From NCBI GenBank assembly GCA_976226885.1, contig OZ320316.1, positions 83,514,001 to 83,578,000 of the forward strand: DNA of 64,000 nucleotides, written 5' to 3'. Both the position numbers and the translations under genes were made by a program. Positions 34,601 through 46,600 of this stretch are shown piece after piece (within the stretch, counting starts at the first letter, position 1; every line of letters starts with the position of its first letter). This stretch comes from Iphione sp. A-MEVVRFRX5 (lineage: Eukaryota). Below the pieces are notes generated by a model. It was not told the origin of the DNA. It saw only the letters and a list, made by a program, of their open reading frames with translations, and made no database searches.

Positions 34601-37600
34601 ATATCTGAAAACATACTGACAGAAGAACATTTATGAAGATGCAAAAGCCTCACATGTATTTGAGCATCTAGCACAGTGTGTCAATAATAAAAGCTGTTTT
34701 CACTAGCAAATGGATGATGTCCGTGCGTTTTGTGTGCGTTTTGTTTGCGTTTGTATCCATTTTTATTGAACCAGTGATATCTATTGAAAGGGTGTCAAAT
34801 GAGTCAGTGTGCATTAGTGTGCGTTTGGTATGCATTGTTTATTAATGGCCCTTGACTGATGATTCAACGCACATGGACACAAAACGTAGAGTAGTATACG
34901 GCCCAGTTTCCTTACATGTGGCGATGTGCATGTGCGGTGAACTGCGGGAAAGGCATTTTTATTGAACTGGTTGTTAATAGTCGAGGGTGTTCCATACCTG
35001 TGGTGAAGTGTGTGTGCTTTGATGTGTGTTGCAGTGTATTGCCCGTTTTTGGACCATTCTCGTTAATTTGCCGCACACACACAAACAAACAGCAATGCAC
35101 TGGTATTTCTTCATATTTCTTTGCATTTCTTCACATTTCGTCACTTTCAACATGATTTATGGACATGTCTGCACATGTCTGTACATGTCTGTCTTTTTCC
35201 CCCACTTTTTTCCATCATTTTTGCCATTTTTTGTGGCTTTTAGCATCATTTCTGTCCTTTTTCATCATTTTCCCTGTCATTTTAGCTATTTTTCGTGGCT
35301 TTCACATAATTTTTGTCTTTTTTCATATTTTCCAGTCATAAAATGCACACAAACACACTGATTGCCAAGGACACCCCTGTCTGTTACAGTGCGGTGAAAC
35401 AAAAATGCACATAACCACGCCAGAAACACAGGTACACCTGTCCCGCATATATCAGGACACCAAGGCAAGTATGGAAACTGGGCCTAAAGGATATTGATGG
35501 GGGAGGCACCTTTTCAAGTTCAAATCGGTGCATTTACTTCTCAGTGTATATAACAGCACATGACCCCACAAATTTGCCGTTTGTCCCCGCATTCTCCCTG
35601 AAATTTGCCACAGTCTCCATGAAATATCTGTTTTTCCATACTTTCTCCATGAAATTTGCTACATCTCCATGAAAAAGCTGTTTTTCCATACTTGCTTCAC
35701 GAAATCTGTCAAAATCTCCATGAAATAGCCTCTTTTCCATACTTTCTCCTGAAATTCTGTTTTCTTATACATCTATCAAAGATCTATCGTAGATTTGATG
35801 CATCATAAATGCAGTCATATAGACACCCCTGTGCATTGAGCTGCATGAAAAAAAACGCATATAAAATGCATGCTAATGCATACGGATAAAAAACGCAGCC
35901 TAACGGACCCCAACGCATCTAAGGAAACCCACCCTGAGACTGGGTTATCATGCATGCATGTATCCATGGAACGTGTTTCTGAGACTGTGTTTTCTAAATC
36001 CTTTAATCACTGTAAGAACAGAAAGCACAGTGACGGTGTTCCAGTGTGCATTGTGTTTTTCTGGAGTGAGGACATGGAAAAAATAAGCCCCAAACCAGAC
36101 AAATTGTCCTGAAACGGTGTAAATAGTAGTTAAATTCGGACGCAAAACTATGGAAAATGGCAAAATTCGAGCAAATTCAGCCCGAAGATGGTAAATCAGG
36201 CAAATTCAGCAAAAAAATGGCAAAATTCAGGCAAATTGGCCGAAAGATGGCAAAAATCACAGCACATGTGCAGTCATGTATGGTAGTGTCTTCTTTTCTG
36301 CAGGAAACAATGCAAACATTAACCCTTCTTTTCATATACTTCTATGAAAAAACATGCATGTGTGATGCGTACAAAATGGGACAAGTCCTATTTAGGAAAC
36401 ACGGCCTACACCCACATGACCCATGGACCACGGCATGCCCATTGGAACACGTCTGTACATTTGTTTATTCTCCAAAAACACGTTTACTACACTCTTACAC
36501 ACCTCACACGGATAATGTGTGCATGGAAACCCAAACTAACAAATTTCTTGCTTAGAAGATGTGCGATGTTTCCATTCTGGTCAATGCAAGCTCTTTTCTG
36601 GTATACCGTACCTTATAATCAGACTTTAATCCCTGCGTATTTGCTATCAAAGCTGCTGGTACACCTTCCTAGGAAAATTGATATTACCAATCTATATATG
36701 CCCCGGGCTACTGACAGTGATTTCTGTTCGAAATCCTCCCTGACTACCTTTATATAAGAAACACAACTACGGATTCCATTAGGCGCCAGCGTAGCTCAAC
36801 AATGTGAGAGCGAAGGAATTAACCATGTGCATAAAGACTGTCCATATGTAGCGAGATGGCTGCTATGTCAGTTCAATTTGAAATGAAAATCTGATACTAC
36901 CATATGATTAAAATGATATTTTCCTGTCGTGCGTTTTTTTTCTATATGTTCCTCAAATGACACTATACCCATTCTATTTCTCTGTCATGAAGGGCATTTA
37001 GATATCGTCTCATTAAAATGTCTTCTATAAAGGGTCTAGGATTGCAAGTCTAGCCTCTTTTGAAGTATAAGCAAAAATATATTATATTCTTTCTACTTAA
37101 GCTACATCATTACACAGTCCAGAGTGCAATGCCAAGTACATGCACTTTTTTCGTTTTCATGTTAGAATAAGCAATAACTAACCGAGTGCTATCCGGTCGG
37201 CGGTAGCCTCTCTGTTTATCCAGAAGCCAACCCAGGAGAGGATGACAAGCATGGAGCACGGCACATAGACGTTGATAAGGAAATATCCCATATGGCGCTT
37301 CAACGCAAATGTCACAAACAGCAGTGAAAAAGTACCTGCATGGGGAATAACAAAAGTAGACATTGTATTTGTGCAAGGCTTCAGTGAAAAAGTTCAATGG
37401 ATTTATATACAATATAATTGTATGGTACCTTTTAATGAAATGGCGTTTCCTACCCTACAAGGGACACATGACAGCGCGGATTAGAGAAACAATTTTGCTT
37501 TATGCTTGAGTTGCTACGTAGTTTTCTATCTAGGGTCCCTCCCAAATCGGGTAGAAGCAGGCAATGCATGCGCCATTGAAGACCATAGATGAGTATCATT

Positions 37601-40600
37601 GTTCATGAATCTCCTTCTGTCAGAGGAGAGTTTAACGGACATTGCCCTCTATTTGCCTTATCGCTAAATGTATCGACTGCACTGGACAGCTATGCCATGT
37701 AGGGTGTCAGTTGCATTTCAATGAGACAAAAAGATGCGCCTAACTACAGCATATACCGACTTCCATAGAGTAAATGAGGAAACGTAATGCCCTGTAAGTT
37801 GGGGAAATAAGCATACAAATCTTTTCTGGAAGTCTGGTAGTCCAACACTACCTGTGAATAAATGAACTTATTTCAAAATACAGGCAACCTGCAAAGATCA
37901 TCAGCTCGGTCTGTCTCTGTTGGTAGTCTGTATTCTTATGGCCTTCAGCCTGCGAATTTCTCTGCCTATCCGAAGCCTGTTCGGATTTTTAGCCTCATAA
38001 AAACCTTGATGTATCTAACAAGAATATTGATGACCGTAAGAGCTCGATTCTCTTCAGATGAATGTAAGGAAGACTAGAAGACCGAGGAAGAATAGAAGAC
38101 TGACTTTTGCCTCGAGTAATTTACGGACGTGAATGGCAGTGCAAACTCTTTCTGAACTAATGAAGCCTAATGGACATAATTGCAACATAATGCATCTCTA
38201 ATAAATCAGAGTGTACTGAGGTTACTGACAAAGAGGGTCGTTATGTATTCACTGCCAACGTTGCCCAGGAAATTGAGTTATTCATCTGTATGTCGTCATT
38301 ATTTAGGTTCATCTCCTTTGTATTTGCAAGGATGTTCTTTCCGCAGTCAGAAGCAAAAGAATATGCTCGACTAACTGGTAATATAACAGCTTCATCTTAA
38401 TGATGCTGCATTTTGAAATATATTTCTATTCACTGCTGGCAGCATATAAAGAGAGGAAACATGTCTTTCTTATGAGTACATTCTTTGGTGCTGACAGTTC
38501 GTAATTATTGCTGTGGAAGTCCTACCATTATCCTGGGAGTGGAAGGGGACACATACACGTAGCTATGCATGAATCGAAAGCAGTGCATGTGCTCGTATTA
38601 GTAGGCATCTTTCTTGATAAATACAACCAACAGTCGACTCTATAGAATTTGTGGTTCGCAGTCATCGAAGCAGGCGGAAGTATTAATAGTATATTATATA
38701 TATCATAATATTCATGAATATTAGGATCATGCAGGAGGGCACACAAGGCATGAGCTAGATCTGGTTTTCAAAAGCTCCCAAAATTTGTCAAAATATAATT
38801 CGTATTTCCGTTTCCGACACAGTAAGACAAATATACCTTAAGTGGTTAAATGACAGTGTCCAGGCTGTTAAACAAAGAAATAAAAGGCTTTTAAAGTTTT
38901 TGCAGTTAACCAGAGACATTTAGTGAAGGTCTTGAGTGAAGTAAAGATTACATCTGATAATTTGAGATCTTGACAAACGATAGCGAATAAATCACATGAG
39001 TAATGAGGGACTTAGTATGGATATGGTGTTTCTCTAGATACCATCACATATGTTCTTTGTTGAACCAAAAAGGGATAGAATTTAAATAATTATGATGACG
39101 CATAGATAACCTATTTAGATTATCCACATAATGCAAGTGGGAAAAAAGCGACATATAACTACGATGACTTGATCGCTTCATTGGTCATGTCAGATTTTCT
39201 TTTATCTTGCCAATAACAAAAATAAGGAGACATGATATCGTCTCGTTTATTGTGTAGATGTAAACAACCCTTCAGAAAATGGAACATTTATAGTCAATGC
39301 GATACAAGAATATGCCATCGCATGTAATTACAAGAGAAGATTCGCCTAATTACACCCGTCAGAGCTGCTTGAAACTTCATACAATATATTCTATCTGAAG
39401 CTAACGGTTCGCTAGATTCTGTCTGTCCTTCTAAATGGGGTACAATGTGTTGCAGTCGTCGGCCTCAAGTGGTCTGTTTAGTAATATATGTTCATTTGGC
39501 AGTGAGGGAGACTTCAACCTGTCGCCTTCTATTAATACACAGCTAGCCCACTGTAGATTATTATATGCGTGGAAGTACGGTTTTCTTTAAAAAAAATAGA
39601 ATAATGGGCATTCCTCAACTATTTTCCCACCCTGTCCCTTCGAATCATTCATGCATTTATGTAAAGGTCACATTGTTCTCATGATCCTTACCTTGACAAA
39701 GGCTTTCGTGTACAAATTGTTTCGGGAAAAGTCAGTTCCGAATTCATCGCAGTTTAAAAAGAATCAATAGGAATAAGAGCAATGCGTGCTATCTATCAGC
39801 AAATAGCGGAGCAAACGAAAATGTGTTTGGTAAAAGGGGCACGATACTACTCTTCTATGATTCTTTATTTAAACCTTCTCACCTCTGTGCTGGACTAGGG
39901 TCTCATTGCCTGCTGGAAACCCAATCAGATCGAACTGCGAAAGGCGCATATCGGTAGCCATCTTGATAGAACGACTAGGTCCGTGCGTCCACTCATATAA
40001 CAAGTCATCGACACCATAACCATCTGAAATTATTTATCGCACAAGTAGAGTTCTTTCATTAAATAGCCATTAACAATCAGGCTTCGTCTATTTTATCACG
40101 ATTATTTTCTGGTATTCCTCACGTTTACTAAACTTACGAGCCTTTATCACTCTTTTCAGACATTAAATAATAGACAGTTTGCGGTCTGACATGTTCTTTG
40201 CAACCACATATTTTTTTTCGCGCACACTTCATAGCTTTCAGCAGGTCTAGTCGATCATTCATATACATCTCTGTCACACCTGAGCCCACCACAACTAGAT
40301 GAGCTAAATGGCTTACTATTGTTACATACTTCACAATAGGGTAGCCATCGTTTTCTCCTTTTCACGTTTCGGCTTGTTCTACACGTATATTCCGTACACA
40401 ACATATCTTGGCATAGGTGAGCCGGACGGTTTTCTTCCATCTATATTATGCTTTGCCCTTTGCTGAACATCAGGAACATCACCTGCTTCTTGTTGTACAT
40501 GTCTATTTACAATGATACTTGGACTAGCTGTCTAGTTGATGTACATAATCAAGGAGGTGAGGGTTGCAAGCGAGATGATAAAGTTGGACATGGGTTTAGG

Positions 40601-43600
40601 GTACAAGTCAGGGAGCCATTAATTAAAGGAAGACGCAGACGGCAGAGGACGGGAGAAAGCAAAGAGAAAATATTGGAAAATAGGGACTTGGGGGCGGTCA
40701 TACATAGGATGAATAAGGGTATGCAGAAAGTTGGGAGTACCGAAGACTGAAACCTGCGAAGTTGCGGTATGTGCTGTTCACATGTACATGGATGAAAAAA
40801 CCGGCCCCATGTGCGGACGCGGAGAAATATCCATCCCTGTGTGTGGATGCGGAATGGAAAAATCTGGTTATATGTGAACAACCCCTTACAGAGTCAGAGT
40901 ACGTGGCTAGGTCTGGAGCTATCGAAGGAAGACAGGCACTGGACAAGGGAGCTGTGCATCGAGTAGAAACACAGAAAGGTGGGAGAAATCAGGAAGAGAG
41001 GAGTAATGGTAAAGGGTGTAGCCAATATATGGAAAAAAATGAAGATAGTGGAGCGGTGAGGCAACGAAGGAGTGGGAGGGGGGCAGGGAAGGTTTAGAAG
41101 AAGTGAAGATAAAGGAGAGTGGAATCATGAAAAAAGCCAGGGGTATGAAGAGAGTTACGCAATGAGGTAAATCATATATGTTGGTGTAAAGAATATCGAA
41201 ACGTATGTATAACGAATTTATCATCGACGTTGGCTGTCTATACAGCTACAGTATATAAACTTACTGGTGAGGAATGGCGGTTCTCGTCTTTGAAAATGTC
41301 AATTCGTTATATGTATTACGGTTTTAGCCGCAGAAATGGACAGTAATGGTCCAGTGATGGCAATGTCTGTATTTCTCTCCAAGCTTTGGGTTTACCTCTG
41401 TCTTGTACCGTTAAACATCAGAATTATGTTGAACGATCCCTTTTACTGGAAGACAAACTTGTTGGGTTCAAACCTGTGTGACTCACCGAAGAAGAAGGCT
41501 TTTGTCTTTATAGATGGTTGCAAACATTTCTATCGGCGTGACATCTAGTGTGTCTGAGGGTTTGATATGAATGGTTCATTATCGAGAATTTTCGTGTTAT
41601 GTTCCGAAACACAGTTATTACTCGTTGTGGGAAAATATTTTGTAATGCCTTGATAGAAAATGTTTGTGGGATAAACTGCTCATCCCTATCATGAAATCTA
41701 ATATAAATTCTCAGTATCTACCTCATTGGTGGGATTGAATAAAAGACGATTGGAGGTTTTAAAAAAATGTTGAATTAGTGAGCAATTAGTGATCATATTT
41801 TCGACTCAAATATATTTCGTAACTTTCCTATACAAAGGTTTTGCATGCATTGTGTCTAAGCTCGTTTTACGTATGGCTGATCATTAACAGACACACCTCC
41901 ACAGACTTCTGAATGTCTCATGATTGAGGGATTACCCTACCTTTGTAAATATGGCGGGGTACATCTGTACTTTTGTGACGTGTATTAAGAGTAATCTAAG
42001 TAAGGACACAGAGCTCTACAACCTTTGACATGAAAATAATGACAATTAAGATGAATTACTAGTGTAGCCCCTTTATTTTTAGTGCTGTAAATATTGGATA
42101 TCATATAACATACTGTCAAATAGCAGCACTATACTGGTAATCCACACTGCCAGTAGAGTACCTACATCATGAGAAAGGGTTTGGGCTAATTCTAGTTTTA
42201 ACAGACACTCTCTCACTGCACTTTGAGAAAGACACTAAGCAGAGTTCTGCACTTGGAGTTAACCAGATATATTTATGTGGACATTAATTATTTTGCAGTG
42301 GACATCGCTCTTCGGACCAGGAACATGTAACAGCATATTACACAGACATTTCCATCATTTGACCATCAGTGTCCATCACTGCAGTATGTCAGAAAAGTCA
42401 CTCAATTATTTGTAATCATCTATCGGCTACACCATAACTACATATAGAATTCTATTGAAAATGCCCTTTTGACCACAGGAATTGCTTCTGTGCAGACTAG
42501 AGAACGTTGTATATGGGGAGGACAAAATAATGCGTAGACATGGCCACAAATATAGTAAGACTTCACTAAGATAATAATGAACGTCAACATTAAGGTGACC
42601 CAAATTACTTGCTCAATCCAAGTTTTAATTTAAATTCGGTACTGTAGATGTGTCAGTATGATACATATGTGTTAGGTTTTCTGTTGTATTGCGATAGATA
42701 AAATGGAAGAAAAGACTTACGGCTACCAAAACGGAGAGGACAAAACTGGGTGTCCATTGGAAACTTTTCGAGATGCATTGGACAGCTGGCTTTAATTGTT
42801 AACCTGATGGCAAATGTAGTAGATCGGTTTAACAGGTATGATAGCAACAATCATTGTTATTAAAAGAAAATACATCCTCACAATTAGATACACAAGGTAC
42901 AATTCTAAATTGAACAAGCTTATCGCAAAGCAATCAGAACAAGAATGTTAACCAAACTGTACCTCGGTACCAGAGATGAGATAGGATAAGAATTAATTTT
43001 ATTCATCATCCAAGACATGCCTCAAAAAGGCAGTTTTACAGGTATGGATGGAACAAATGGACAGTAGGGAAATAAGGCAAAAGGTTATGATGAGAACAAA
43101 TATATGCAAAGCACAGTAAACAACAAAGTACACAGATAGGTTGATTATGTTCTCGATAATATTAAAAAAGCATATTTGAGATTCAGCATATAGCTCTAGA
43201 CAATATTTTAAAAGTGTCAATGGTGTGAGCACTCTGTACAAAAGGATCAAGGTTGTTCCATCCCTGATGCTTGAATAATGTACTGATTTCCACACTAGCT
43301 CAGTTCTTGGTTCAGGCAGATATAGCAGTTCAGAATCATGCCGCCCCTGTATTTAGCTGACCTTGCTTTGGGAGTAGCTCCAGGAGATATAGATTATGTA
43401 CTATATTGACAGTAAACCATTTATGCCTGTGAAATGTATTACCTATGCAAAAGTATATATGCAAAGCTTTGCTGTTTGATATTTTAATAGAACTTTGCAA
43501 TGAACATTTTAGTCTTACCATAAGCTATAGCAAGAACTCCGTCCTGAAGCCATTGTAGTCTATTCAGGTCATACTGCAGCAATTCATTGGCAGAGTATGA

Positions 43601-46600
43601 GCATAATTTATACATCATGTTGATTTTTTGTGACATCAGTTTTAAAACTTTCTTGATTTCTACATCAAATCTCATTGAGTTATCAATTATTACACCAAGG
43701 TATACATAGTGATTGACATACTTAAGATCTTGATCTCGGACCTTTATATTGGGTGCAGACTGATCATTCTTTGGGGAAACAGGCATTATCTTAGTCTTAT
43801 CAATGTTCATTGTTAGTCTGTTTGACTCACACCAGCACACCAGTTTACCAATTTTTTCCTGACTAAGAGCTAGTAGATTTTCCATGCTGGTCTCCTTAAT
43901 TAGGATGAGAGTCTCATCTGCATATAGTGTCAAGTCATAGTTGATGAATGCAGGTAGGTCATTAATGAACAGAGAAAAGTGCAACGGGACCAGGGTAGAT
44001 CCTTGAGGTATGCCAATGGTAACAGGCATTAAAGATTAGTTAATGCCATTTACTGAATAATATGGCATCCTAGTACCCAGGTACTTCTTGAACCATTCAG
44101 TACTTCTATCTTCAAACTTATATCGATGTCGTAGCTTATTGATTAAGAGCTTATGATTGACTGTGTATTCATCGAGATAATTGTTTTGATGACCTCATCC
44201 TGAGAAACTCTAATTAGTTTAAATTCATTCATGTCTTAATTTACACTGTGATCACTTTAGTGGAATGGTCCACTGGTGGATCAGGTAAATCAGCAGCAAT
44301 TTTTGCAGCTATATTAGTGAAATAATTCTTAAAGATGTCAGGAACATATTGTTTATTGTCACAGTTATCAATTTCTATCTTTCAAGTGTTTTTCTTTGCA
44401 AGATCAGAGATTTCTTTCATTATGGCCCAGTATTCACCACTATTCTTTCAAGACTCCTATATTTTCCTCCTGTAATAAAATTCCTAGTGAGCTTTTACTG
44501 AATGTCTGATTTTTTTTTCAGATGGGTAACAATACATTTTGTCTCTTCATCATTCCTTTCTTTGGCTTTTTGTATGTAGTAATTTTGTAGCCTGATGGTT
44601 TTCAGTAAATTTTTGCTCATCCAAGGACTTCTATTACTTGCTGATATCTTTACTTTGGATACTGGGGCCTTGGCATCAACAGTCAGTCTAACATTCTCCT
44701 TGAAACACTCCCAAGCAATGTCAACATCACTTGTATTATATAGTGACTCCTAGGTTGTGTTCATTCAATTTCCTATTTCTCAATTTTAAAGGTGGCTTTA
44801 GGGTGTTTTGAGAATTTCTTAGTTACAAAGGTCATATAATGATCAAAGAGATTAGCTTCTTTTACATCTGAATGGATGATATGCAGACAATTACTTGCTA
44901 CAATATTGATAGAAGTGGCTGACTTATGTGTGACTCTAGTGGCACTGTACATGTGTTTGTTTTGAGAATATGTCTGCAGAAGATGTAAAAGTTTCTGTCT
45001 ATTAGAACACTTTTTGTTTGCCAAATCAATAGTTATATTACCAAGAAGGTAAATGTTTCTGTTTTTGTTTAAATTGTTCAATAGTTCATCAAGATGGGTC
45101 ATAAATTTACATATCGAACCACAAGGAGGTCTATGGCAGTTAACAATGATGGATTTTTTCACCTTGCAGGTGTTACTTGAAGTTCAATGTGATCCTCAAT
45201 CACATACCATCCGGCATTTAAGTTGTTACAAGTGTAGGTATTTTTACAATATATTACTAATCCACCACCTTTTTTGAGGCTTTTTTGTCTGAGACACTTT
45301 TGCAGTAGTCAAGCCAAAATATATTGTAATTTCATGATTTGATACTGTTGTTGCTGACACTGCCATTCAACCAGGATTCCTGGATTGCCAAAATGTCAAT
45401 ATCACTGTTGGCTAATGTTACCTCCAATAAAGTTAGCTTACTTAGCAGGCAACAGCTATTCTGTTTAGCTATACCTTTTTTCTTGATATGGTTACTGATA
45501 CTAGTCATTGGTATGAAATATACATTGAGCATATATGTTTATTGCTTAGACCAGTCATTTTGTAGGCTAAAACAAGAAGAGTGTTGGTAAAGATTGCACA
45601 TAGTATTGTCATTGTGATATACAGAAGAAAATTCATTGATAAACTGAGATTATCAGATATAGCTTGACACAAATAATAATGAAAATATATAACTGTTATA
45701 GCAAGTGATAAGAGTTAAGTGATAGTAATAAATTGTGAAGCAGTTGAATAATTGAAACAGACTGAGTATTTGAAATCTTATTTACAACAGTGTGTGGTGA
45801 ACAGTCAAAGCTCAGGACTCTACGGGGGAGAGAAAGAGGACTGACAAGTCACTGAAATGACCACTTCAGTAAACCTAATAGCCTATAGTACATCAATACA
45901 TATAGTATAAACAAAAGTGAATTAATATACATTTTATATGTACAGGCATTATTAGAATCAGGTGAATCAATACAGAACAATTTGTTTGTTAAATGATTAA
46001 CCTGTGTGTTCAAGAGTATTGGGAAGAGGATCCATGTACAAATACACACATAATAAGTAGCTGAGTACTCTTAGTACTCTTTGTTGATTGATGACCCCAT
46101 ATGACATATGCTCACGTGGAAGTGGAAGAGGGTGCCCCTCTAGAGCGAGAGGTATAGTATTTATTGACTGAGAACCTCTGGCACCAAATCTATTTTATGC
46201 CAGTAGACAATGAGTCATTCTTCCTAAAATGGGGTGCCATGATAGACGTAAAGTGAGTAAATAGATTGAAATCTTCATTGAACACTGGAAAGGTTGGCTC
46301 AAATTTGGACTCTCGATTGATCGAATCATTTATCCCAGCAAAGATGAGAATGATCTCATACATGTCAAGATCTTTGTTGCTGAACACCGCATCCATGATT
46401 TTGTCTAGCTTGGCACCGGGAAATGCCTAGACATTGATACTGAGGTTGACTTGGGTGACATTTGTTAGATCAACGACTCCCTTAAAGATCAACTCCATCG
46501 CAAAAACAAGATCGACCATGCCCAAGCCCTCCGGGCTAACTCGGCATACCCAGTATACCCATCCTGCCTTTCCCTATCTCAGGAACATTGACGTTCCTCT

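Noticed and set aside
34912-36757. Multiple 60-137 aa ORFs
   Set aside because: They arise from low-complexity MITE and tandem-repeat sequence and have no protein motifs.
36785-36870. tRNA or SINE head (GCCAGCGTAGCTCAA...AGAGCG)
   Set aside because: An A-box-like start is present, but there is no B box or cloverleaf.
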